A DNA stretch of 64,000 nt from Klebsormidium nitens (lineage: Eukaryota > Plantae > Klebsormidiophyceae): assembly GCA_000708835.1 (NCBI GenBank), contig DF237404.1, forward strand, positions 11,759-75,758, written 5' to 3'. Positions 50,245 through 62,824 of the stretch are shown in pieces. The translations under genes were made by a program, and so were the position numbers. The notes under the pieces are model-generated. The model did not search any database. It was not told where the DNA came from and worked only from the letters and a program-made list of their open reading frames with translations. Position 1 is the stretch's first letter. Every line of letters begins with the position of its first letter.

Positions 50245-53200
50245 ATGGCTCTAGCCGCTAGCTGTCACATTGCACTTCGAAACTTCTCCAAGCTTCCTTC
50301 TCGGAACCACAAGACCACATTCTGGGCCTTGCATTCATCAACTGCACAATCGCCTGTTGCACCACTGCAATCGCTGCGCTCAACTTTTCTCCAGCCAATA
50401 GTGAGATCCAGAGGCATCCGGCCCCTCACATTTGTCCATACAACGCCTGTTTTCAAAAGGGAATTGCACCAGACTTCTGCTGCAATGGCGGAGGCCGAAG
50501 CAGGGCCCTCTCGTGGGGCATTCATCGTTTTGGAGGGCTTGGACCGAAGCGGGAAGAGTACCCAGGTGCAAAAATTGGTAGAGGTGGGTGTCTACTAAAT
50601 ATTCAGAGTGATTGGACTGAGCTTCCAAAGTTGTATACTCAGTGATGTCTGCAGCTGTGACAGCTATACTGTCAGATATGACAATGTTTTAGCTTGGATT
50701 CAAAGCATTTGAAGAGACGTCACTGCAAGTGGGCTTTGAGATAGTGGAATCCATTTAGTGCTCTCAAGATTCCATTCAGTGCTCTCAACGGCTGACAGAT
50801 CACTTGAACCTGAAAACATCAAGTGAGCCTATTGAACATCCGCCCCTTCTGATTGATCTCGCTCTCCCCCTCTGTTGTCAGTATCTGAAAAGTAGAGGCG
50901 TCGAAGCGGAGGCCTGGAGGTTCCCTGACCGGACGACTGCGATGGGCAAGATGATTGCGTCATACTTGGACAGCAAGAGCGAGCTCGACGATTGCGCGGT
51001 GCACCTGCTCTTCTCTGCCAACAGATGGGAGAAACGGTGTGCCCCAAACCCAAACTGAGCTCTGTTTCTGATTACTTCGATGATCTGCGGAGCTGGCGAT
51101 TGAGTTGGCAAAAGAGTGTCCTTTGGACGCAACCAGGATGGTTTACACAGAACGAATGCTCAAGGAAGGAGCTCAATATCGAGCTTATGATCTAGGTGTT
51201 TGAGTCTTATCTGTTTCTGAAATCGATGAACTCTTCACTTCTCACCAAGTCTTTGATTTGTCAGCTTTCTGCCCTCTTCAGAGTTGTGTTGAGTTCAGAG
51301 TTGGATCTTGTGTTCACCTACTCGTCATCTATTGAGGTCAAAGCAAATCCGAAGCCCAACTCAGGCGATTGGTTGCCTAATCTCGTTCTCCCTTGTCCTG
51401 CTCCAGCAGATACCAAAGACTATCTTCATATCTTCGTAACGAAGAGTCTAGAACTCTCCTCTAGCTGGACAGCTGGTAGCCTGGTCAATATCTGTAGTAA
51501 GTTTGATGAGATGCTTGAAGTTGATGCCGGGCATAGCCCGGATGGCACCTGGGAACTTTGTTGAAAGAAAAGAAAGAAACCCATCGTCTGTCAGTCCGTC
51601 AGGGCCGTGAAGCAAGTTGTTCCTCAAACAGGTCCTTAATGGAGGCAAAGCTTCGAGAAGGCACCACGCTCATCGTGGACCGATACTCCTACTCTGGTGT
51701 TGCTTTCACGGCTGCCAAGGGCCTGCCCTTCGACTGGTGTAAAGTGAGTCGACCGGCACTGATTGAGAGGTCCAAGGCAAGCTTCTTTGTTCTTCCGCAT
51801 GTAGCTGAGTCGACTGGTTGCTGAGGTACCTGATCTGGAGATGGAGAAAATCAGAAGCTATTTATCATCTACTCTTTGGTACATGACTTGGAAGAAGTTG
51901 GCAAGTTGGCAACAAACCGAACATTTAGGTTATTGCTCTGAACATCGATCGTATGCTATCTCGAGAAAAGGTTTGCAATCTGCCCATTTGCCGATTCTAG
52001 ACAAGGACTCTAGGCCTTGTGTGCTGCGAAAACTCCAAGTCGTTGTCCAGAACGCCTCGTCTTTCGTGCAAGGGATCCGCGCACTCCTCACTTTTTCGAT
52101 GCATCTGGGACGGATACTCTCTTTCGTCCGTTTGGATCCTTTTGCAGCAAGGTAAAAACAGATTGTCACACTCATTGTGTGGGTACACATACCTCCCTGC
52201 TGTTCGACTTTGCAGGCTCCTGAGGTCGGCCTCCCGGCGCCGGACGCAGTCCTGTACCTGCAAATACCCCCGGAAGTAAGCACAGGCAATCTTTTTGATT
52301 CGAGGAGATTCAAGGACTCGCATACTTTTCATCAGTTTGAAGTAGCTTGGAGTCTTTGGCTATGATGAAACCTTATCATGATTGCTTTCTGGGACGCCAT
52401 GTTCGTACTAAGAGTGTAAGTCAGCCGGGACTTGCTGCAGCTCCTTTCGCTGACAACCTTTGACGGGTCTGCCTTCCGAATTGTAACAGGTGTCTTTTCA
52501 CCACTTTGAGGGGGAAGGCTGGTCCCTCGAATCCTCTGGGCTTGTTCGATTACAGCTTTCTATATAAACTGAATTAAAAGATAGCTGATTTGCTGATCTG
52601 TGTTACTCTCCTCGGATCGCCCAGCCTCGTCACGACTCTGATAAGCGCTGCAAGGAGATGTGTGGAAACCTCACCCGGTCGCCATTCTGAGAACGCAGTA
52701 GTCGGGCTCTTATCGGCAGCCCTGAATTTCTCGATAGTGAGGAGTTCCTAAGAGTCTTTCAAAGGTCCAGCAGACACGTATCCAGATCCTATGTAAGTGA
52801 ACATTTGACGTTTAAACTTCGACCCCTTTGACGAATGAGAGGAAAGCCCTCCGCACGACCAGACCCCGCAGTAAGATTAGATTCCCTCGGCACGAGATTT
52901 GGGAGCGCCGTCTGTTAACGGCTTCTGTCCGCAGCCTATTTGGATCTTTCCAATTGAAGCTTTTCTCCAGCGAGGGCCAAGCGTGGAGCACTGACCGGGA
53001 GTTGATCTGCTTTGTAGGCCGCGCTGGAGCGTGGCGGGTACGGAGAGGAGCGGTACGAGAAGCTAGACTTCCAGCGGGTCGTGGCGTCCAAGTACGAGCA
53101 GCTGCGAGATGCCACGTGGCAGGTGAGGCACACGCTACTGGTGGGCTTGTTTACACCAGACCACGAAGTCCGCATTGCAGCTGTTGCTGAAGGAGCCTCT

Positions 53201-53669
53201 GAGCTGTCAACATACCAACGGCGAAAACCGTTTTCAGGTTTCAACTCTAAAGAAGTTGTGAGTTTGAAGCGCCCTGAGAAGAGGTTTTACTGGCTGGGAC
53301 GTGCCTGTTTAGCATCGACACAAAGAGATGCTTGCCGTTCAGAAGCCTCGAAACCGTCGGCTGGGAATCGCTGGGATGGGTTTGGCTGGTAATGGGTTCG
53401 ATCGGGTGCCTCGACATGCCCCCTCGGCCGTCTTTCAAGCCTGGAAGTTTATCCGAAGTAATCCATGCAGACTGAGCAATTTCTGCAAATGCTGCATGAA
53501 GAAGAGGTTGTGCGTGTACGTGCGTCTGCTCTCACACGCGTCTTCTATACTGCAGGACATCGATGCGCGAAAGGGTCCAGACGAAGTGCAAGCTGTGCTT
53601 CGGCCCATCGTTGACAGGATGGTCCAAACATGTAAACAAGGGAGGCCTTTAAGCCGGCTTTGGCCGTGA
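50245..53669 (+). CDS. TMK: Thymidylate kinase (dTMP kinase) with N-terminal organellar presequence, 6 exons
   Basis: Peptides: RGAFIVLEGLDRSGKSTQ (P-loop); WRFPDRTT; VHLLFSANRWE; TTLIVDRYSYSGVAFTAAKG; PEVGLPAPDAVLYL; RGGYGEERYEKLDFQ; ...LSRLWP* at 53669. Confidence 0.95.
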
Positions 53670-54835
53670 CCCCATGACAAAGTTCATTTCTTTCTTCGCC
53701 CCAGCCTCCAAGAATGCGAATGCATAAGCACAAGCAAGCATGAGCAGCGCCTTGATCTGTTTGGATGATGTTTTGCACTACGATGCTGTCGCGTGATGGG
53801 TATGGTTGTGGAATGGCACGTGGATCCTGTCGATCATCCTGCATAGATTAGGGCCTTGGAGCGCGCTAGGCGTGCGCTAGCTGAATCTGCAGAAGCACAG
53901 AGTCGCCAACTCACCGTCACTCGGATTGAGAAAGCGGATCGAATCTAGAGACATCCATGATTATTTATTCACATGTAGTGCAAAAGCCTCCTGCAGATGC
54001 GCATGTCGCGATAGTATACGGTTTGCCCGATCGTGCTCTTGATGCGGCCCCGTACATGCGCTCGACACAACTCATGACTAGCTCTGAGGCCCATTTATAT
54101 AGGCAGTGATTGAACGCGCCAAGAATGTATATATGGCATGCGCAGCGTCCCGAGTGATTCAATGATTCAATGATCGATTGGCCATGCAACCGCGGGCTTG
54201 CTTGATCTCATGAGCTATAAACGTCGACGACATGCATCTGGCGCGTGACACTCATGATGGTCTCTTTTCGTTCTCGCCATACTAAGCCAAATAGGCCATA
54301 GGCTTCTCTTGGCATACATGTAAGAGTGTGTGTCTTTATAATTCAAACTGCTTTCCAATGGCTAGCCTCTACCTACCTACCAGAGGTCCGTAGTACACCG
54401 CATCAACACTACAAGTCCTGATGCATGATCAGTCATCCATGCATTGAAACCGTAGGCCGTTGAATTGCATGATGCCGTGTGCATCGACATGGCCTGGCAC
54501 GCCTGCAATCTAGCTGAGGGCGGCTATCGCCCAGCCGCATATTATGGGAATTCGTCATACCGAGAATTGCTCGAAAAAGGGCAGAAGCACCAACGCATCA
54601 ATCATGAAAGCCTATACTGTGCCTGGATTGCAGATCGCCACCATTTGATGAACTTTGATTCTAAACATAGAAAGCAACTGAATGTCGGATCAGTCTTGCA
54701 ATCCTATCATATGCTGAGCCGAAGTGATCCTAGTATCAAGTCACAGCAACTAAGATCGGGGCTGGTTTTAGTGCAGAGCGCACCGTCGGCCCTATGTCTT
54801 CGTTTCTCACAAGCCTACTGCAACGGGAGTCAATG

Positions 54836-57800
54836 CTAAGCGTTCCTCTTGGAGTTTCGATGCATCTTTCGATGCTCGAAGCGAGCAGGGGTTTGCAAGT
54901 GCTGGGTCCCGTCAATCGACTTTGGACTGAGTAACTCAGTCTGGGAAGCTACGAGGGACTGATACGTAAGCTTAACCCCAGTCTGGGGTATCAACACGTT
55001 TGGCTCTTGGGCCCCAGTAAGCACGTGGGCCTCAGGAGAGAAGAGTTGCCTAGCAATATGCCTCGCTTGGAACGGGACTGGGGAGGGGTGCGATCTGGGA
55101 GGGCTGACAAAGTCCTCGGTATTCCGCTTCCGTCCCCTCGCCGGCTGCATCTTCCCTGGAGTAAAGACCGGGCTTTGTAACCGGGATATGTGATCCCGTA
55201 AGTCTGGGGTCTGAGTCTGCCAGTGGGGAGGGACTGGGGCCAGTGACCGAGATGGGGGAGTGACGGGGGTTGACGGACAGTCATCAACCGAGTACCGCTC
55301 GAACGAAGTGCCCGGGCTGGAGGCGAACGGGCCGTAATCCGTTGCAAGAGCAGGCCCCCTTGAGTGTACAACACTGAGGGGGGCACTAAATATGATTTCT
55401 CCAGTCCCGCCTTTTTGTCTCAAGTCCAGCCTTGCAGCTTCCCTTGAGTCCAAACTTGCATCATGTCTGGAATCCAAACTTGCGGAACTTGGGGAGACCC
55501 AACTTGCAGACGCCTCCTGCAAGGGCGATTCCACACGTCCGGAAGTCCCAGCGCTCTGGGCACCGTCCCTCTGTCCACGTGGAGGGCTCGCGTGCTCCCA
55601 CGTGTCATAGTCTGGAAGGGTCACCTTCGGAAGCACCCGCACGGTCGCCCCGACCTCTAAATCCTCAAACCCTGTCGTTGTAACGCGACCCAAAAAGCCC
55701 CCGGCCGGAACCGCTCGCACGACGTCAGCGGATAATTGCTCCTCCGTCGTCTCGAGCTCGATCGACTGCCCGTTGATTTCGACTTCGAGCGGGGTGTTGG
55801 GAGGAACGGTGCGCGAGCAGTCCTCGAAGCGGATGTCAACCACGCAGCCGCTGATTTTGACGACGGCGCCCTCCTCGGGGAGTGGGGAGTCGTCAAGGTC
55901 GCCCTCTTTCTCCGACTCAGGATACTCAGCAAAGCGCGGCGTATCCTGCAGAAATGTACACAGGATTTATTAGCCATTTTTGTTTGGTTCTATCTGTTTG
56001 TAAAATAGATTGGGAAAATGAGAGAACAACAATGCGCTCATGGGGCGACATTCGACATCAGTGCTTGAGGGGCTTGTCCCGGAAGAGAAAGCGGACCTTT
56101 CCATGTGACAACCTGAAATGAAGGTGCGTTTCTGAATGCGCTAATACAGAGGCCCCCAGATTTGTCAGCTCACAACCACACGCACTCCAATCTGCTTCAT
56201 TCCAGATGAATTCAAGAACAATCGATTTTCAGACTGGCTTCCTGGGCCACGCGTCGATGAGCACTTCGTAACGCGGCCATTTTCCACGACCGCATCATCA
56301 GCAGACTGGAAGAGCGTCCAACGGATCTTGACCCATAATCCGACGTGGTTCTCAAAGAAAACGCTTGGCCGGCGAGATCTGAGGTCAGAATTGCCAGAAT
56401 CTTTCTCCTTTCAATATTGTTTCGGTTGCCCGTGTGCATACGCACCCAGTGAGCTCTCGAAGTTTCTTACCAGCTCAACCGTCATCTTGCTAGTGAGGGC
56501 AAACGGCCGGGCTCCACGTGGCAGGTCCCCTTCTTGCAGCAGCTTTGTCATAGCGCTATACAAGTCAATTTGAGAGTGCGCGTCCAGAGCAGCGTAAGAC
56601 AACTGCGGGAGATAAAGGTAACTTTGGCGCCAATATATCACTGAAATAGATCGAAGAATTTCTTGAGAAAGTTTCAGAAAACAAACCGACTTTGCAGACG
56701 AGACAACATAGTGGTCTAGCCCCAGGGTCACACCCAACGAAATATGTTTCCCCAGGAGAAGAAACGGAAGATCAAGGGAACAACACGGGAAGACACACGC
56801 AGTAGCAACAGTGTTTTCGTCAGTATATCGAGTATGATGAGATAATGCCGGCCTTGTCATGACCTGCAATTGAACGACCTTCAAGATGACAACGAAATTG
56901 CAATGATCATAGCGGCCCCAAAATTGCAGTGTATAGAAGGCCAGCGGCGAGACAGTGAGCATGACTTACCTGTGAGTTGCTCAGAGGTCGAGCGGCCCAG
57001 TCGCTCATGCACTGCATGGAAGGAGACCGGAAAAGGTTAGTAGGATCAAAAGTTCGAAATGCAGAGGTATCCGCAGACCTTGATTGCCATCAGGACCTCT
57101 CTCAGCCAGGGACAGATTGTCGACTTCCGTGAGGTTGTCCCTTAGTACAGGAGGTGAACACTAGCCACGATTCAGGTACCCTCAATTGTCACTGGATTGT
57201 CAGCGAATGACTGTAAGCCTCGTTTTAACCTGAAAACGGAAGAGGTCAAAGCAACGACGACTTTTGACATTCTCACCTCGGTTTTGTCTAGTTGTTTCCC
57301 CAGGTATTGCGCTACCAGCCAGGTGAGGCCTTTCTTGCCTTCGTGTGACTGCCACAGGTTGTGGAGCCGAGCCTTCTCTGACCCCGTGGCATCAGCGATC
57401 TGACTCTGAAAGCTGGGGGTCATGAAGCGAGGGTGCAGCGAAGAATGGAAAGCCTGAAAGGAACAGACGGTGTGAATTCGCCTCCCCTCGTGCACAGAAG
57501 GGGCTGCGGCAAAGCCAAAAGAAAGGATCCGCATGCAGGCAGAGCAGCGTTTCATGCTTCATACAAGAGATTGCAAGGGAAGTATGCAAACTTATAAAGC
57601 GATTGGTGCTGCATTTCTTGAAAAGTCTCACCTGAAGCTCGACGTATGGTTCCACAACGTCAAAGCAGCGCAAGTTTGGGTAACTTTGCTGCAGCTTTAT
57701 CAGATCCTGCAGATGTCAGACGAGCTTCAGGGTGGTTGAATAGGTCAAGTGTGCGAACAAAGGCACTTTATCAAATTGCTGGTTGAACAGGCAATGCTTG

Positions 57801-59053
57801 ACACAACGTCAATAGCTTTGCAAAGAAAGCCTGACAATTCCCGAGTAGGTCGTCAGTCAGAAGTGAATGCAATCACCAGACTGAAGAGCAACACAAGACC
57901 AATCTTTCAAATCAAAATATTAAGTGGACCTTTTTGCTTACCCCACGGAAGTCGGTGCCAACTTTGATAGCGCGCGGCGATGTCAAGAGGGTTCGCAACA
58001 GATTGTCCAAGTCGGAAGCACATTGTGACTTGCAGAGACTGATGAGATCGAAGAGAAAGACCTGGTCTTTCAAAGCAACCTGGCAGGAGAATTGGCGCAT
58101 GTTCAGAGGACACCTTTAACCAGTCTGTTGGATATAGACAGTAACAAAAATTGTGCAGTCTGTACCAACACCTTGTGCTCTTCCTTTCTATGAATAAAAC
58201 TTTGCATCGTTGGCTTTGGTAGCTGCGAGGCTCGAATCCTATTAGACTATAACCAGCTTGCTTCTTGGAGACCGTATGCTTCTTCAGGAAAAGGTGCAAC
58301 CTGTGATGCAAAAAGCAGTTCTTAACTACAAGGGGCCTAGCACATGACCAGGCAGAACAATCTGTAGATTACTCTGATGGTGCCAAAAATGAGATGCAAG
58401 CTATTGTCAAGTCCACACCTCAAAAACAATCTCGAATCCTCACTTCAATTCAGATCAGGCGTTTGATCAAGCATTCATCACTCTGCAAATGCCTTTAGTA
58501 GGAGTTTACAAACTAGAGTCCAGTCCAAGCTAGTGTTGGTCTCCTTACCTGCAGAATAGACGTCCTGCTCTCATTTCTAAACCGCTCTGGCCTCCATTCT
58601 GTGTCAAGCCCCACAAGCTGGGCCAGCAGTGACTCTTCCTGGTCACCAGATGAACCAACTTCATCACAGTCTCCATGCGTGACTTTCTTGATTTCGGAGA
58701 CCTCTAAGCTGGCCAGCAGAATGTTGCCAGCATCTTGCAGACTCTTGTCACCATGTACAAAGACGATCTGCAATCAACAGTGGCGCTTTCAGTTGGCAGT
58801 ACCATCATTGCTGCGATCTTGACTGCAACCACTAGAGTCTCGGAGACAGATTCATCTGTTCTTCAGACCATAGATAAGCTCTTCAGACCACAGATAAGCT
58901 GCCCAAGCATAGCAGACTCCATGCAGTTGCATAGACCTTTGTAATACATCCCACAGACTTACTCCCAATGACTTTGATAAATTTCCATAAGAAAGAGTCT
59001 CAACTTACCGGAAGGTCCCCCAGCTCCAAGGTAGCCAGAAGGGCTTCTGCCAT
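54836..59053 (-). CDS. DEDDy 3'-5' exonuclease (WRN/EXD3-like) with C-terminal F1-ATPase-beta-barrel-like domain and disordered S/P-rich tail
   Basis: Peptides: MAEALLATLELGDLP|IVFV...VGLDTEWRP (ExoI)...SILQ|VALKDQVFLFDL...IKVG; DLIKL...; GLTWLVAQYLGKQLDKTE|CMSDWAARPLSNSQ|LSYAALDA (ExoIII). The final exon 55945-54836 joins in phase 0. Confidence 0.85.
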
Positions 59054-61178
59054 GATGCTCAATGGTGTGCTCAGACCTCCTGAAGACCTCCACCAGCGTC
59101 CCAAGCAATGGGGAAGCAATGCAGCAACCTTCGAAGATTATTCACTGAAACTGGGGCCGCTAATATACCCGCCGCCTTCGTTGACGGTCATTGACATTGG
59201 GCACGGTAATTTTGATAACGCGCCGGCAAAGCATACCACTGGCTCACTGCCAATATTCCAGGTAGACCGCCGGGTCCAGAACAAGGCCCAAAGTGCTTCG
59301 GAACCGTCGAACAAGGGGCAGGCACTGCCCCAACAAGACATGTAGGCCGTTCGATGACACCTTCCTCACGTCTGATGTCACCAAGTTTTTGCCGGTCCCA
59401 CTTTTCTCGTCCTAAACCAGTCAAGACTGCGGCCCTGAATGAAATTTCAGCCAATGCGAAGCGTCCTTCACGCATCATGAAGGGGACTGCTTAAGCCCCA
59501 CACTTTTCGTCATCTTCCTGAATCTTTTCTTCCGGTGGCTTCGCAGCTGCAACATTGGGTACATTCTTGCCGTTCACAACAAATTCTCCATTCAAAGACA
59601 AGTGCAAATCTCAGCCAATGGTTATGCCGATGACCTCGCGCTTGTAGGCAGAACACACTCTGAGGCTCAGTGCTACCATGCTGCAAATGCTGGCGACTTT
59701 CCTGGCATACTACGATATGGAATTGAGTCCCACCAAATGCGGCTACCAGTTCCGCAACCCAAACCCTTTAGACAGGCCACCTCCCGGCCTCACCACCCAA
59801 TGGGGTCCAATCCCCACACTTTTTCAAAACGAAACCTACAAATACCTCGGGTACCACGCAAATATTAATCTAACATTCACTCACCAGCATCGCAGCCTAG
59901 TTGAAAAGCTAGAAGAAGCCAGCCGTAAACTCTTATCACGACAAAAACACAACATGACATTGAGCGAAGCGATACTCTACACAAATTCTGACGTCGCCTC
60001 CGTCCTTCGCTACAGGATGTATCTCGTATCCTTCCCGCAGAAATACCTGAAAAAGTTCCAAACAATCCTAGCTCGCACCGCAAGATCGCTAGCAAAACTA
60101 GCGTCATCCACGCCGAATGATCTGCTAATCAGCCAAGGCCTAATGAACCGTTTACTCCTTACAGTGCGACCCGAACAGACTTTGCGACCTCACTCTTTGA
60201 AACTGTGGATGATCCATGCCGAGTTTCGACTGAAATAGCCTATTCTAATATCCGCTCTGACTCACCGTTCAATGATACATGCCCCTTCAGCAAGACCGGA
60301 CTCTCCACCCCATACCGGGAAAGCCGCCTCCCACCCTTCTTCAGGGAATCCGCCCCTCCCTGCGGAAGACCAACACAACTCTGTGCATCAACATCAACCC
60401 GGAACCAGGCAAAGACGACCGAAGTATTGTCTCAACATTATCGCATGTCTTGACGAGGTACCAGAAAGATATAGAAGCAGCCAAGTTTTCCCCAACCACT
60501 GCCAGGTCACTTTTTAAACAAACTAAGTGCTCAGGACATGACACACCTCGATGACATCTCCCCCCTCTTCTCGGGATCCCTCTGGCTTATCTTGATCCAC
60601 ACAGAACGACAGCTCCAGCCGAACGCTGGGAAGGTGATAAAGGCCGCCCCATAAGAGCCCCAGCCGAAATACTGCAAAAAGTGGCAGACCGCCGTGACCG
60701 CCACTGGCAGACCGTGCTCCACAGTAATATCAAGTCCCGTTTGAAACTTACTGAGCCCCAGGCCCGCCTGCTCAGTGGCCTTGTCTCTCTCACATGGACC
60801 AAGTCCTCCTCAGAACATGCACCAACCACCCTGCTAGTGACCATACTGAAACGCCCCTTTTTTGGGGGCCAACCCGAAAACACGAGCTGTCCCACCACAC
60901 AGTATACACGGACGGAAGTGCTAACGAGGCCAACACCCTTGCTGGTTGCAGCATTGTTTTCAAGGAAGATGAGACCTTATGCGTGGCCAAAACCTTTAAA
61001 AGCCGCATCCCAGGCGATCAGACTATCAGTCGAGCAGAAGCTTTTGGCGTCTTGGGGGGCGCTACTTCTCACAAGGCAAGACTCTCCTCTCACAATTCAT
61101 TGCGACCGCAAATCCTTGTTTGACCAGATCAACAAATTGCGGACAAACCCGCCATCCAAACACCTTATACGAAAAATC

Positions 61179-62824
61179 GATACAATGCCGGTGGCGGCTA
61201 AGAATTCCAGATTCAGGACATCTAATAGACATCAATTTCAGCCCTTAAATGGTATATTCAAGATTCAGATACAGCGGCTATAGGCTATGAGCAATATGCT
61301 ATGCCCGGCGCACCCCAAGGCCCGGCCGACTTGTTCAGAAATTCAGGGTTCAGAAGGAACCCGAATGGACTTGAAACGAAGGCCGGTTCAGCGGAGGGCC
61401 GGGCCCGGGGCCGCGGCCACCCTAAGGCCCGGTCCGTTTGTTCAGAAATTCAGGGTTCAGAAGGAACCCGAATGGACTTCGAATGAAGGCCGGTTCAGCG
61501 GATGCCCCGGGGCCGCGGCCACCCCATTGAAGGCTCGGTCCGTTTGTTCAGAAATTCAGGGTTCAGAAGGAACCCGAATGGACTTGAAATGAAGCCCGGC
61601 CGGGCCAGCAAAGCCCTCGGGCCGCGGCCATCCTAAGGCCCGGTCCACAGGTTCAGAAATTCAGGGTTCAGAAGGAACCCGAATGGATCTGAATTGAAGC
61701 CCGGCCGGTTCGCGGTACCCCCCGGGGATCGGGGTACCGCACCCGTTCCCCAATCCCGGTCCACTTGTTCAGAAATTCAGGGTTCAGAAGGAACCCGAAT
61801 GAACATGAATTGAAGCATGGTTCGCGGTACCCGGGTGATACCGCACCCCTCCCAGTCCGGGTCGACTTGTTCAAAAATTCAGGATTCAGAAGGAACCCGA
61901 ATGTACATGAATTGAAGCACGGTTCAGCTTGTACCCGGCGCCGCGCCGAGTGCGCCCCGGTCCCCTTGTTCAAAAATTCAGGGTTCAGAAGGAACCCGAA
62001 TGGACCGGAACTGAACCCGGCACGAGATCCACCCTACATTGCTAGTCGATTTTAATGTTTAGCATGGTCCCGAGCAGCCATGATTTTACCTCTTGCCACC
62101 CCTTTTTTTTAAATGACGAGTCAGATTAGCACTGATTGCTACTCGGTATTGATGTTTAGCATGGTTCCGTGTTGCCGTGATTTGCTTTTCGCGAGGTCAT
62201 TTAATGTACATCAATGGATAAATGTTGAAATCCACGAAAAGGAATAATTTTCCTTACAGTGAGTGTGAGCATCGTACAGCCGGTAGGGACCGGCATACCA
62301 GTAGTGAACGATTTGTACCAGTAATTCGCGAAGTCCGGGGAGTCGGGGACCCGGGTGTGCTGCCCAAGAGTCACCCCCTCGCGGACAGTGCCACTTCGTC
62401 ATCCCCTGCTGTACGCGAGCCCGCGCGCGCGCGGAAGGAGTTTCGCGCGGCGGCCGGCGACCGAGAAGATATTTGGGTGGCGTTCAGGCGTCGACGGCGA
62501 CGATGAAGACCACCAGTAGTTAGAGTCGTAGATTTGGTGCTAGTCCCGGTTCTGGNNNNNNNNNNNNNNNNNNNNGCGTACTTAGTAAGAAATGTACCGG
62601 AGCTACGCTGCTACAGTACTGTGCGAAAATGGAATCTGAATCCGCCGGAATTGGCGGGATTATTGCCTACGAAGTTGCGCAACCTCGCGCAAAGCTTGCA
62701 GTCGAGCGTTAATGGGGTTGTTCAGGTAGTGAGCGACTGATTCAGGCGCGCATTGGCCTTGCCTGAAAGAGTCCAAATGAATGTCCAAAAATGGAAGTTC
62801 AGGCCCCCACCGGCACAGATGATC
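61179..62824. mobile_element. Non-autonomous TIR DNA transposon nested in the retroelement RNase H (contains a 20-N assembly gap at 62556-62575)
   Basis: Flanked by an 8-9 bp direct repeat (c)gaaaaatc at 61170/61171-61178 and 62824/62825-62832. Imperfect TIRs: gatacaatgccggtggcggctaagaattcca versus rc gatcatctgtgccggtgggggcctgaacttcca. Excision restores KHLIRKITDRSLVLRIV. Confidence 0.82.
61331..62015 (+). repeat. Minisatellite-like array: 7 copies of a ~45-bp conserved core with variable GC-rich palindromic spacers (period 99-115 bp)
   Basis: Core ttgttcagaaattcagggttcagaaggaacccgaatggac(t/c)tgaa at ~61331, 61438, 61544, 61650, 61765, 61867 and 61966. Confidence 0.92.

Noticed and set aside
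52360-52460. Possible intronic C/D box snoRNA (ATGATGA...CTGA)
   Set aside because: Terminal stem is weak and no guide target could be verified; such boxes occur by chance.
58861-58900. 20-bp tandem duplication (cttcagacca(t/c)agataagct) in an exonuclease intron; a similar 14-bp duplication lies near 22775-22802
   Set aside because: Ordinary slippage-type microduplications with no apparent effect on splicing.
61331-62015. CRISPR array
   Set aside because: Eukaryotic context, no cas genes, the spacers are related to each other, and the array sits inside a TSD-flanked element.
61287-62055. Short ORFs with repeated peptides (FRNSGFRRNPN)
   Set aside because: Translation artefacts of the tandem repeat array.
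62534-62740. ORF spanning the N run
   Set aside because: Crosses an assembly gap; not interpretable.
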